In this document: piece after piece, positions 10,501-19,726 of the stretch | Layout of the letters: every line of letters starts with the position of its first letter | Numbering within the stretch: position 1 is the first letter of the stretch | Source: Anaerolineales bacterium | Lineage (GTDB): Bacteria; Chloroflexota; Anaerolineae; Anaerolineales; UBA11858 | NCBI GenBank assembly: GCA_021108255.1 | Contig: JAIORG010000235.1 | Location: 1-48,654 of the forward strand | Reading direction: 5' to 3' | Length of the DNA: 48,654 nucleotides | The notes under the pieces: generated by a model | What the model was told of the DNA's origin: nothing | What the model saw: the letters and a program-made list of their open reading frames with translations, nothing else | Database searches by the model: none | Made by a program: the position numbers and the translations under genes

Positions 10501-12887
10501 CCGACCTGGATCAGCCGGAGTGGAGAATACAAAAGGCCGATTTACTGATAGGACAGGACCGCTTCCAGGCTGCGATTGCCAGTCTCTCAAATGCTTTGGA
10601 TTTATCTCCTGATGATCCGGATTTACATGCAAAGATGGCCAGGGTTCAACAGCAAGTTTCCTCCCATGAAGAAGCTTTCTATCATTCTCAGGAAGCTTTA
10701 GCAGGATTCCTGGCTGAATCAGACAGGAAAGAAAAGCTTGCTGAAGCCCGTGCTTATGCAGCCGATTTAGCCTCTGCCACATTAAGGATTGATCAGGCCG
10801 AGGAGATTCTTTCCAGCCTTGACCTGAATCAACTAGGAAAAAACGGAAAACTTTTACCGGACCAGATTCATTCTCTTTGTTTGGCTGCTGAGATTGCCCT
10901 TGATCATAATCAGGAAGTGAAAGCTGCGGAAATCAGCAATCTGCTAGTCTCAAAGGAAATTGATCTCCCCAGGGCACTTGCCCTTCAGTCCCGGATCATA
11001 AACAGGCAGGGCAATCTAGAAAAAGCCCGGGAAGGTTTTGTTCAGGCAGTGGAAAAATGGCACAAACTGGCTGGAGAAGAAAAATCCTTCAGCACTGCAG
11101 TTGAAATTACTTTTGGAAAAACCGCCCAGGAACTTCATCGTTGGGACGAGTCCGCTAAACATATCCAGCATGCAGCTGATCTGGCTTCCACAGAAAAAAG
11201 AGTCATATTTGAACTTGCCCGGTCATATGTCACCAGAGCGGAAGCCCGCCGTTTTGCAGAGGCCCTTAAAGCCATTCGCCATGCTCCTGATCAAAGTGCT
11301 TTATCCAACGAGGTCTCAAAATCATTCCAGGAATGTATTCAAGCCCTTTATCAACAGGAAGTAGATTCAAAGCTGATCGATAAATTAAAAGCCCGGGGAA
11401 ATGCAGTGTTCTCACCAAACCAGGAAAATGCAGAGGAGCTCAAAAGAACCGCAGAAACCCCTGAAGAAACGGCAGCTCTGATTGCGGCGTTCCGACACAG
11501 CCGGCAAAAAGTATTTGCCTCCCAGACAGCCCTGGATAACCTGCAAGATCTGGGAAAAAATGCCATCCTGGACGCACAAATTGCCCTTGCGCTGCTAAAA
11601 ACCAAGCCGGAAACAGCCTACAAAGCAGCCGCTTCTGCCCTGGAAGTCGCTAAAAGAGCCAACCATTCCCAGATTCCTCTCTTTATGGTTCTGCTCGGGT
11701 TGGCGGCAAAACACATCGATGACCTGGTCTCTGCAGAAGAATCAATCCAGAAAGCGCTTCAAATCTGGGAGGACGAACCCCGCTGGTATGCACTGGCAGC
11801 AGAAATGACCCTGGATTACCCATCGGCAGTCAACCATTACTACCAGGCAATTGAATTGGAACCAGAGTATGCCACCCATTTCTTGGCCTTGGGTAAACTG
11901 CACTTGAAAGGCAACCAACCTCTACCTGCCATAAAGTCATTTGAAAAAGCCCTGTCCATTAAACCTGACTTTATTGACGCCTGGATCCAGCTCTCCTTGA
12001 GCAAACGGGTTATTCATCGTTTGCCGGAAGCGCTGGCGACCATAAATAAAGCCCTTTCTCTGGCGCCGGAACATAAAGAAACCAGAAAGACTGCCGCACT
12101 GATTACCTTTGAAAATGGCAGCTACCGTGAATCGGAAAAACATCTTGTATCCCTGTTAGGACAAGATCCGCACGATACCGATCTAATGGCTCTATTTGCC
12201 AGGACATTAGCCGCCCAGAAACAGCCAGACCAGGCATTGCGTGTAATGGACAAAGCAATATCCCTGGAAGAAAACGATCTTGACCTTAAACTACAGCGGG
12301 CAGGAATGATCAAAAAAATTGAAGGCCCTCTGGCTGCTATCGACGAATTGAGGATTATTGGCAGTCATCATCCAGACCAATATCCCCTGGTACTTGAGCT
12401 TGTCTCCACTCTCTCGGAAGCTGGTGAAGTGGATCAGGCAGTTCGAACCGCCCAGGACGTGCTTAAAAATGAAGAAATCGGCCATACCCGGGAACAAAAA
12501 GCTCACCTTCATCTCATAACTGGCCGGATGCTGCGAAAATCCGGACAACTGGATCAGGCCGTTCACCACCTGCATAAGGCGAAAAAACTTATTAATCCCA
12601 ATTATGAGGCCGTGCTTGAATTAGGACGGGTTCACAATGATCGGCGTCAATATGAACTGGCTTTGGATCAAGTTCAAAAAGCCATTGAAATTGCACCCGG
12701 AGAATCGGAAGGATATTACCAGGCAGGAAGGATTTTAAAAGAATTGAAATCATATGAACGTGCAGAAAGAATGCTCCGGAAAGCTTCCAAGCTTGCCCCT
12801 CATGACTTGAAAATTCACCGACAGCTTGGTGTACTGGTGACATTAAACCTCGTCCATGGTGAACCAAGAAAGGAAGTGCTGGTTTAA
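7560..12887 (+). CDS. Giant tetratricopeptide-repeat protein
   Basis: 1775 aa with many TPR units (A...A....P...A...LG) from about aa 300 to the end; no signal peptide or catalytic motif recognised. Confidence 0.9.
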   Translation: MAKQELLIINALKNIFPEASWSWAIPALRRSAPIWGKLESEGFPQILVQEIGSEPTDWTPGRIGAAVLNREYSDLVNWPINSFSDLPAELRTQIHQTYQDYENSTDQILSLGDAFQLSLALLGEKNSGKTWQEIIGQLSPLDGWLFPLTCLFDLVEDQSEFIQVLDPDLGMHILLSRPLTPEARVEMLSGILFTMDTANLEKWIKALNKEVPDLAPKVAQSLLANQKLEPSSVQESVTLSLLNQLTGNSEAALKLLKEASEKNQKLHGKLAANLNKVKAGLQQPQVNDKAWQELTEAISEPEGMDENVQEISDIIRSLLDNKYYAAAGDLISKLQDPLPEHPELITALAEYALSQNQKTRAGQLALLALEKTAEGKSHPENLSSVLLQVGSLEECIQSAQSYLSKHPNHLQTNLVFAEALSRLGNHSSAAKQAQIGSILNPQDISLHRKLAEYQEQAESWKDALETRSNILSKLQSVKEAKSQPEPYLPLIDLLSFAACAYEAGQPKRAITACNQILEQDPDNSSAHSLKGKSLFSQGKQDEGFAHLNQAVEVSPELEEPWIALAASQLASKAPDKAIQTLKSGAAAASTHARVLLKLGEIQNNNHHQSKALETFKNAAASAETEGVDQKTFYDIQYGLGLSYYKLGHLKQARTTFKDLQKRYPANGKANAVYGKLMLDMNEPRGALPYLARVVDEDPQQAEPYLQYADAHLRIGANPQAAAAALGKALSIDPENEIAFALLGEAHASEGNYQEAISSFQKAQNTSLNSDPSWSPRISLGLGKTAVQLGQVETAIASLKEGHEKYPQNLPLTHGLAEAYQTANLTPNALETAKHAAEIAPHDPENLSWIADFTLTLGSPEQGISALKELVRIDPDHHAAYILLGKAYSSAGNEEEAVATFSKFLTFEEIQPEDLLLAGDELIKIGDFDTSMKCLTTAVNICEANPTPSPLLPKIWSRLAAGFEMNSNPKQALELLDQAISADLDQPEWRIQKADLLIGQDRFQAAIASLSNALDLSPDDPDLHAKMARVQQQVSSHEEAFYHSQEALAGFLAESDRKEKLAEARAYAADLASATLRIDQAEEILSSLDLNQLGKNGKLLPDQIHSLCLAAEIALDHNQEVKAAEISNLLVSKEIDLPRALALQSRIINRQGNLEKAREGFVQAVEKWHKLAGEEKSFSTAVEITFGKTAQELHRWDESAKHIQHAADLASTEKRVIFELARSYVTRAEARRFAEALKAIRHAPDQSALSNEVSKSFQECIQALYQQEVDSKLIDKLKARGNAVFSPNQENAEELKRTAETPEETAALIAAFRHSRQKVFASQTALDNLQDLGKNAILDAQIALALLKTKPETAYKAAASALEVAKRANHSQIPLFMVLLGLAAKHIDDLVSAEESIQKALQIWEDEPRWYALAAEMTLDYPSAVNHYYQAIELEPEYATHFLALGKLHLKGNQPLPAIKSFEKALSIKPDFIDAWIQLSLSKRVIHRLPEALATINKALSLAPEHKETRKTAALITFENGSYRESEKHLVSLLGQDPHDTDLMALFARTLAAQKQPDQALRVMDKAISLEENDLDLKLQRAGMIKKIEGPLAAIDELRIIGSHHPDQYPLVLELVSTLSEAGEVDQAVRTAQDVLKNEEIGHTREQKAHLHLITGRMLRKSGQLDQAVHHLHKAKKLINPNYEAVLELGRVHNDRRQYELALDQVQKAIEIAPGESEGYYQAGRILKELKSYERAERMLRKASKLAPHDLKIHRQLGVLVTLNLVHGEPRKEVLV

Positions 12888-12951
12888 TGATCTCCTCAAT
12901 TGTTAAACTCACTGAAATCAAACATCCAACTCAATCCTGGATAAAAAGCTT

Positions 12952-15519
12952 ATGAAAAAATCCCCCTACTCCCCTCCTCGTCCAGGCGAACCTTGGGCTA
13001 GAGCGCAACTGCTGGACCTGCTAGGTGTTGCTGCAGCCGTCAATGAATATGGATTCATCAGGAAAGCTGCTCTTGGCTGGCTTTCAGCCTTCCCTGGAGA
13101 TTTGCCTGTTCAATTATTTCATGCTCAGGCAGTAGCCAAAGATCTCAACATCGATCAGGCTGCGATCCAGGTAGAAAAAATCTGCCTGGCAGATCCTGAA
13201 TATGTTGAAGCGCAGGAGTTGAGATTTGAAATATCTCTATCCGAAGGAAATCTCGGGATAATATACGGTGAACTGTATTCCCTAATGCCAAACAAGAGAA
13301 TATTCCGGGATCCGGATGTCAAGGGAATTTTGCCTGAATGGGCAGAAGTCCTGGCGCAAGTTCGTTCCTGTATTAATAATAAAGATCTGCTTGGAGCTAC
13401 AGAAAAACTGCCCGATCTGTTGGGATCAAATCCTGAATCGGCGTTAGCTGGAGTCACACACCTGTCAATTTTGCTTCAAGATCCAGACGCCCCGGAAATG
13501 GCAGTCCGCCAACTCGTCGAGCATTATCAGGAAAAATGGCCCGACAGTATCGCTTGCACCTTGATCCTGGCTGATGCTCTCATTAAAGGAGGACAATCCA
13601 ATCAGGGCGTGGGAATGCTTCACAAAGCCGCCTCTAATGATGTAACCGGTCAGGTTGCCCGGCGTCTTTGGGGTGAAAATCACCAATATCAAAACCTATG
13701 GCCGGATGTACTGCAAAGCCACATCGATGTTCGGGTACCAGCAGCCGTGAGTGGAGCCCTGGGCTGGAATCAACTCCCTGCCGGGCCTCCTGTTTTTTCA
13801 TCTGGTTCACAAGATAATAACGGCGAGGATAGTTCAGCCGGTAAAGCAAAAGGTCCGCTATCTGCTGAGACACTCCTGCAAATAGACAATGACCTCGAAT
13901 TTGCAGACCAGAAGGGCACCATCCGGGCGGAAGGTAAATTCCCCATGTACATCGTTTTTTCCACCCGCAAGGGCCTGGAAAAGAAATATGGTCCCGAAAC
14001 TTCCACAATTATCATCGAGGAAATGAAAAAAACCACCTACGCTGTCCGCTTAAAACCCGGCTGGGGAGCAGTGATGATGCTTGCTGATGATCCTTCCAGT
14101 ATGGCAAATTTTGGATTAAAACCCACTCTTTCCGAAGATCCCTGGGCATTAAAGCTAGCCCTGGTTGACCTGGACAAAGCCCTGGCACAAAAGGGATTGA
14201 TGATTGGGGCTTTATTAATTGTCGGTGGGCCAGACGTAGTCCCCCACCACAAGCTGCCGAATCCGGTTGCGGATATTGATACCGAAGTTCCTTCAGACAA
14301 CCCTTACGGTACCATCGATGAAAATTATTTTATCCCCGAATGGCCAGTAGGCAGACTGCCAGGAGGCGCAGGTAATGATCCTGGACTGCTTCTTGACATT
14401 CTCCGCAATATATCTGAACACCACATGGGGAAAAATGAAGAGGGCAAAACACTCTGGGAACGTTTCATCCTCTGGCTTTCACAGCTCTGGAGCATCAGCG
14501 TCCAAAACAATAACAGTTTTGGCTACGTCGCAGAGGCCTGGGAACAAGCCTCAAAAGATGTCTTTAAAACCATCCAGGAAAAAGGAAACCTGGTCACTTC
14601 TCCGCCTTTTGGCAAACACACTGAAATTCCAGTTCCTGTGACCCGCTACGGGTACTTCAATTTGCACGGTGTAGAAGACTCTCCAGATTGGTACGGTCAA
14701 AAAGATTTCACCAACGGAAGCCTTGGACCTGATTATCCGGTAGCTTTGCGTCCGCAGGATATCAACGCCTACGATGATGCACCTCTATTTGTATTATCTG
14801 AAGCTTGCTATGGAGCGCACCTCAACGGCAGGGAAGTTGAAGATTCCATTTCCCTAAAATATCTTTCCCGCGGATCCCATGCCGTGATTGGTTCTTCTGT
14901 AACTGCATATGGTTCTGTTTCTTCTCCATTGATTGCAGCGGACTTGTTAGCTGATTATTTCTGGAAATTCATTGACCAGGGTTTCTCAAGCGGCATTGCA
15001 CTTCAGAAATCTAAAATCGAGTTAGCCAGGGAAATGAATAAAAGACAGGGTTACCTTGACGGCGAAGATCAAAAGACTTTAATTTCATTCATGCTCTTTG
15101 GAGATCCACTGGCAAGTCCCAATACTGCCCAGCGCAAACAGCCCAAAACAATCTGGATCCCACGACAAACTCCTACCCAGGTAAAAACTGTTTGTGACCG
15201 GTCTAACTTAACCACTGATATTCCATCCCCGACCCTGATACATGTAAAACACGTTGTCAAACGCTACCTGCCGGGTATGGAGGATGCGGAAATGGTCCTC
15301 AGCACGGAGAAAGCTATCTGCAGCGGAGAAGGACATCAATGCGCCACTGCCCAATTTGGCAGCAAAGTTCGGGAAGAACACTTGCACCAGCGACATGTGG
15401 TCACATTAAGTAAAAAGTTTGAGATTCCTCAGCACAGCGGGAAGATCGTGCACCGGCACTACGCCCGGATGACATTCAACAAATCTGGAAAAATGGTCAA
15501 GCTGGCAGTTTCCAGATAA
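12952..15519 (+). CDS. Clan CD cysteine peptidase (C25/gingipain-like) with helical N-terminal region, no signal peptide
   Basis: LLIVGG..VVP, SDNPYG, VGRLP, YFNLHG (His572), LSEACYG (Cys619), LFGDP. Confidence 0.8.
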   Translation: MKKSPYSPPRPGEPWARAQLLDLLGVAAAVNEYGFIRKAALGWLSAFPGDLPVQLFHAQAVAKDLNIDQAAIQVEKICLADPEYVEAQELRFEISLSEGNLGIIYGELYSLMPNKRIFRDPDVKGILPEWAEVLAQVRSCINNKDLLGATEKLPDLLGSNPESALAGVTHLSILLQDPDAPEMAVRQLVEHYQEKWPDSIACTLILADALIKGGQSNQGVGMLHKAASNDVTGQVARRLWGENHQYQNLWPDVLQSHIDVRVPAAVSGALGWNQLPAGPPVFSSGSQDNNGEDSSAGKAKGPLSAETLLQIDNDLEFADQKGTIRAEGKFPMYIVFSTRKGLEKKYGPETSTIIIEEMKKTTYAVRLKPGWGAVMMLADDPSSMANFGLKPTLSEDPWALKLALVDLDKALAQKGLMIGALLIVGGPDVVPHHKLPNPVADIDTEVPSDNPYGTIDENYFIPEWPVGRLPGGAGNDPGLLLDILRNISEHHMGKNEEGKTLWERFILWLSQLWSISVQNNNSFGYVAEAWEQASKDVFKTIQEKGNLVTSPPFGKHTEIPVPVTRYGYFNLHGVEDSPDWYGQKDFTNGSLGPDYPVALRPQDINAYDDAPLFVLSEACYGAHLNGREVEDSISLKYLSRGSHAVIGSSVTAYGSVSSPLIAADLLADYFWKFIDQGFSSGIALQKSKIELAREMNKRQGYLDGEDQKTLISFMLFGDPLASPNTAQRKQPKTIWIPRQTPTQVKTVCDRSNLTTDIPSPTLIHVKHVVKRYLPGMEDAEMVLSTEKAICSGEGHQCATAQFGSKVREEHLHQRHVVTLSKKFEIPQHSGKIVHRHYARMTFNKSGKMVKLAVSR

Positions 15520-15538
15520 AACTTATCTTGAAAATAAT

Positions 15539-15571
15539 AGACTCCCGGAGTTTTAAAAACTCCGGGAGTCT
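15539..15571. repeat. REP-like palindrome, copy 1
   Basis: AGACTCCCGGAGTTTT-A-AAAACTCCGGGAGTCT, perfect 16-bp arms. Confidence 0.85.
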
Positions 15572-15676
15572 TATCTTTAAAAGTAAAGCCTCTTTGTATT
15601 TAACAAACCACTTTAAATTCACTGCTCGAGGGAGAGAGCCAACTCTCCCGGGCGTTTTTGATTTGAGCTCTTTATG

Positions 15677-15732
15677 GATTCCTCACTGCGTTCGGAATGA
15701 CAGAAGTGTAGGGGCGACCCGTCGGGTCGCCC
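15677..15732. repeat. Two adjacent REP-like elements of different families
   Basis: GATTCCTCACTGCGTTCGGAATGAC, then GTAG-type hairpin GTAGGGGCGACCCGTCGGGTCGCCC. Confidence 0.7.
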
Positions 15733-15808
15733 TTTTGTGTTAGATGAAAGTGTCATTAACTCGAATCTCAGGAGACTCCCCACAAAGGATCCATGATGAG
15801 ATCAGGAT

Positions 15809-15847
15809 AAAAGGATCCCGGAGTTTTAAAAACTCCGGGATCCTTTT
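15809..15847. repeat. REP-like palindrome, copy 2
   Basis: AAAAGGATCCCGGAGTTTT-A-AAAACTCCGGGATCCTTTT; shares a 25-bp core with 15539-15571. Confidence 0.85.
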
Positions 15848-15874
15848 GTCTTTAATATTCCTTTTCTTACTTAC

Positions 15875-16288
15875 TTATTTATTTTGCAGTGCCTCTAGTT
15901 TTTTCCAATCTTCAGCAGCTGTCAGTTTTGCCTGCGCCTGCCAAAAACCAGCATTCGCACTGGGAACATTTTCGCTTTTCAGTATCTGATCTAACTTCTC
16001 CGGGTCCAATAACCCCAACTGCTCATAGGTTAGGATTCCAGCTTTTTGCAAGGCTTCGGAAATTTTGGGACCAATGCCTTTGAGTTTCCGGAAATCATCC
16101 TTCTTAACCGGCAGCTTTATGGGATCAGCGCGAGGGGTATCAATTTCAACAGACGACGTTCTTTTATAACTCGGGGAAAAGAACCACCAGAAAAACCACC
16201 TGGTCAGGATGCAGATGGGAACGCCGATAAATAATATCCAGAACCAACCGGGGATGAAACTTCCTTTTTTACCAGCACCAGTAATCAT
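15875..16288 (-). CDS. Membrane-anchored helix-hairpin-helix domain protein
   Basis: N-terminal TM, then DDFRKLKGIGPK...L..AGI.TY.QL...W..QA; GGAGG RBS. Confidence 0.8.
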   Translation of the reverse strand: MITGAGKKGSFIPGWFWILFIGVPICILTRWFFWWFFSPSYKRTSSVEIDTPRADPIKLPVKKDDFRKLKGIGPKISEALQKAGILTYEQLGLLDPEKLDQILKSENVPSANAGFWQAQAKLTAAEDWKKLEALQNK

Positions 16289-16413
16289 TGTATTCCCTCC
16301 AATTTTTTGATGATCAACGGGTGTAACCTGAAAAATTGATTATAACATTTAGAGGTGGAATACTCAATCACTCAATTCGAAAAATCATCCCCTTGGAGAA
16401 TATATGTTTTTCC

Positions 16414-17613
16414 CTAATCCATCATGATAAATAAGGGTTTCATGGCAAATTTCTTATAAAAAGGCCGCAGCCGGTCTGTGTTATAAAACCGACCAACATC
16501 TACAGTTTTACTCTCCGCACACAATACTTCAATAGGCATATTATCGTAGCGGCCGTTCTTCAATACCACCAGGCGGCCGTGCACACCCTCTAAGATCAAA
16601 TCCAGGGCGAGGTTGCCGTAGGCCATGGGAACGATCGAGTCTATCGCGTCAGGACTTCCACCCCGAACCAGGTAAGCCAGTTTCTGATTAACAACATTTA
16701 TTCTCTTGCCATTGTTGTATTTTGCAGAGCGGTTTTTCAGCTCTTCAGAAACAAGGTCGCCAATACCACCCAATTTTTTATGCCCATATGCGTCCAGATT
16801 AGTATCCTTAAAAACCATCTCTCCACCGGAAAACATGGCGCCTTCAGAAACCAGCACAATGGAATAGCGGCTGGGATTGTGATTCCGGTCCTCTGACAGC
16901 AGCTCAGTCAACCTTTCAATATCAAATTTATATTCAGGGATCACGCAGCGGTTGGCAGCCCCGGCCATGGTCGGCAGCATGGCTGTGAATCCAGCATACC
17001 GCCCGAACACTTCCAAGACCAGGAATCGTTCATGAGAGCCAGCCGTTGTCCGCAGATTGTTCACTATCTCGATGGTCCGCGTAACTGCTGTGCTGAAGCC
17101 AATACAGTAATCAGTTCCAGGAACATCATTGTCCATCGTCTTGGGAATTCCGACAATGTTTACACCTTTTTTATATAACTCCACTGCATAACTTAATGTA
17201 TCATCTCCACCCATGGGAATCAAATAATCAACACCTAAATAATCAAGGTTCTTGATCACTTCAGGTGTGAGATCATTGATTTCTTCGTTATATTCTTCCT
17301 GCAGGTGAAGAGGAACATCATCCCGGGCAACTTTGCTTGGCCTGGTCCGAGAGGTGTGGAGAAAAGTTCCCCCTGTTCTTCCCATTTTATTTACCCGTTC
17401 ATCAGTCAGGATTTCATAATTAAGCTGATTATCAGCTTTTTTATCCCGGCTCAACTCCATTATTCCTGCCCAGCCCCGCCTCAAACCAACTACCTGGAAA
17501 CCTTCCCGTAAAGCTCGAATAGTAATCGCCCGAATAGCCGGATTTAAACCCGGAACATCACCACCACCGGTGAGAATAGCAAGCACACCTTTTTTCTTGT
17601 TCACCACTGCCAT
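16414..17613 (-). CDS. pfkA: 6-phosphofructokinase, PFK-A family, probably PPi-dependent
   Basis: LTGGGDVPGLN, GGT.L.TSR, GGDDT, PKTMDND, EVFGR; start at ATG 17613 with GGAGG RBS. Confidence 0.9.
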   Translation of the reverse strand: MAVVNKKKGVLAILTGGGDVPGLNPAIRAITIRALREGFQVVGLRRGWAGIMELSRDKKADNQLNYEILTDERVNKMGRTGGTFLHTSRTRPSKVARDDVPLHLQEEYNEEINDLTPEVIKNLDYLGVDYLIPMGGDDTLSYAVELYKKGVNIVGIPKTMDNDVPGTDYCIGFSTAVTRTIEIVNNLRTTAGSHERFLVLEVFGRYAGFTAMLPTMAGAANRCVIPEYKFDIERLTELLSEDRNHNPSRYSIVLVSEGAMFSGGEMVFKDTNLDAYGHKKLGGIGDLVSEELKNRSAKYNNGKRINVVNQKLAYLVRGGSPDAIDSIVPMAYGNLALDLILEGVHGRLVVLKNGRYDNMPIEVLCAESKTVDVGRFYNTDRLRPFYKKFAMKPLFIMMD

Positions 17614-17752
17614 CGTTCTTCCTCCAAAAAACACTACTTTTGATTTTTACCACAATAATTATAGACGACAAATATGATTTGTGAGTACAACTCCCTATCA
17701 TTTCAAAAATCTCTGAAATTTTTCGGTATTTTTTCCGGAGGACTTTACAGGC

Positions 17753-19726
17753 TCATTCAGTGCCGGAAAGAACTGCTACCACCTGACCCATTTCTGAGAC
17801 ATCATAACCCGGCCGGGTATCAACAGCGTTTCTGAAACGCGGGTCTTCCAATAATTCAAAAAGCGGCTTGAGCAGTTCTCCCAAGACAAACTCTTCCGGA
17901 ATCAGCAGGTCAAATCGTTCTGTGAACAAGGGCAGAAAGTCCAGATCCAGTGCATAGGAAGCTGCTTCGATTCCCAGAGCGCAATCGGCTCGTCCGGAAG
18001 CTACAACCGCCGCCGCTGCCAGATGTGTGTATTCTTCATGGTCATATCCGTTAACGCTTTCTGGCTGGATATCTAACTGTTTTAGGTGGAAATCCAGCAG
18101 CAGCCGGGTTCCCGAGCCGCGCTGGCGATTGACTGTACTGATATCTTTCCGGATCAGATCTTCCAGACTTTGAATCTTTTTTGGATTGCCCTTTGCCAGA
18201 AATAAACCCTGCGTCCTGCCTACCAGGGTCACTACCCGCAGCGCCATGCCCGGAAGATGCTCCTGGATATACGGCAGATTGTATTCCCCGCTTTCGGGAT
18301 GAAGCAAATGAGCGCCGGCTATGTGTGTCTCACCCCTTTTTAATGCCATAATGCCTCCCAAGCTGCCGACATTTACAGAAGCCAGACGGCGCTGACAGGG
18401 AGCCAGGAATTGAGAAAGCAGATCAAGCGAAATATCATGGGAGCCGATCACAAATATTGTGTTCTTCAATTCCTCTATCGACCGGAGAAGCTGCACACTC
18501 ACCTGTTCTCCTGCCTGTAAACCCTGGATACCCCGGGGAATGATTACCAGTCCATCTGCCCGAACCAGCGAAGTTATCACACCAGATCCGCGGGATAAAG
18601 GAGCGGCAAGGGTTTTATCACCAATATAACCAACTGCCACTCGCAAATACTCATCATCTCCTGCTCTTGAATTCACTTTTCGGGTAATTTCTGCAGGGAT
18701 GGTATGAGGATGAAAAGGTGAACGTCCCAACCATTTACCAAGCAGTGGTTCTACAAATATATCGGCTGTTAATGCGGCGGATACAGGATAACCGGGCACA
18801 CCAATGATTGGTGTACTCTTCCCATCTTTTTTTACAATGCCCAATATTACCGGGTGCCCAGGTCTGACAGCGATGCCGTGCACCAACAATTCGCCGCTTT
18901 GTTCCACAATCTGAGAAGAATAATCCTCCGAACCTGCTGATGAACCTGCGATCAGCAAGATCAGATCAAACTCGCCAGCAGCCTGGACTACCTGGGTTTT
19001 AATCTTTTCAAAATCATCAGGGATATTTTCAAAACGAGTTGCTGCACCACCCCAACCATTTACCTGAGCAGCCAGAACGATGGAATTGTATTCAATGATA
19101 TCCCCTTCTTTCAGAGGATCTCCGGGGTATACCAGCTCTGTCCCGGTCGGAATTACAGCAACCTTTGGTCTGCGGGCGACATCCAGCTTATCGTACCCGC
19201 AGCCGGCTGCGGCTCCCAGGTCTACTGGTCTCAGCCGATGGCCAAAGGGCAGCACCAGCTGGGTAGCCACCATATCTTCTCCCATTTCCCGGACATGAGA
19301 CCAGGGAGAAACTGCGGCCCGAATGCGGATGATTTGTGGGTGACGAGGATCGTCCGAGATATTTCCATCTGCTGATAGCGGTTCAATATTTTCAATCGGG
19401 ATCACAGCGTCAGCCCAATCAGGTAAGGGATCCCCTGTATCCAGATACACCGCCACGCTTCCACAAGATAAAGAGATCGGGGCAGTTTCCAAAGCACCGT
19501 GAGTATCTTCAGCTCTGACTGCAAATCCATCCATTGCAGAAGCATGATAGTGAGGTGAGCTGATTTTCGCCCACACAGTTTCTATCAGCACCCGCCCGAT
19601 CGCATTTTCATCAAGGGGTATCTGTTCTGCACCAAGAGTTTGCCATAATCCTGCTTCTTCCAGGGCAGTTTGAAACCGTTTTTGCGCATCTTCTAAGGGG
19701 ATGTCCGCCAGATAAATCTTTTTCAT
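17753..19726 (-). CDS. moeA: Molybdopterin molybdotransferase MoeA fused to a PBP/LysR-type substrate-binding domain
   Basis: SAMDGFAV, TGDPLP, TGTEL, GSSAG..D, RPG.P, PGYPVSA; C-terminal GSHD, VGSLGG, NRQRGSGTR. Confidence 0.9.
   Translation of the reverse strand: MKKIYLADIPLEDAQKRFQTALEEAGLWQTLGAEQIPLDENAIGRVLIETVWAKISSPHYHASAMDGFAVRAEDTHGALETAPISLSCGSVAVYLDTGDPLPDWADAVIPIENIEPLSADGNISDDPRHPQIIRIRAAVSPWSHVREMGEDMVATQLVLPFGHRLRPVDLGAAAGCGYDKLDVARRPKVAVIPTGTELVYPGDPLKEGDIIEYNSIVLAAQVNGWGGAATRFENIPDDFEKIKTQVVQAAGEFDLILLIAGSSAGSEDYSSQIVEQSGELLVHGIAVRPGHPVILGIVKKDGKSTPIIGVPGYPVSAALTADIFVEPLLGKWLGRSPFHPHTIPAEITRKVNSRAGDDEYLRVAVGYIGDKTLAAPLSRGSGVITSLVRADGLVIIPRGIQGLQAGEQVSVQLLRSIEELKNTIFVIGSHDISLDLLSQFLAPCQRRLASVNVGSLGGIMALKRGETHIAGAHLLHPESGEYNLPYIQEHLPGMALRVVTLVGRTQGLFLAKGNPKKIQSLEDLIRKDISTVNRQRGSGTRLLLDFHLKQLDIQPESVNGYDHEEYTHLAAAAVVASGRADCALGIEAASYALDLDFLPLFTERFDLLIPEEFVLGELLKPLFELLEDPRFRNAVDTRPGYDVSEMGQVVAVLSGTE

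Noticed and set aside
15539-15847. Repeated palindromes as a CRISPR array
   Set aside because: Only two copies about 270 bp apart, no regular spacers and no cas genes
15528-15989. 71-aa and 81-aa ORFs sharing SRSFKNSG
   Set aside because: The shared peptide is just the translation of the repeated palindrome
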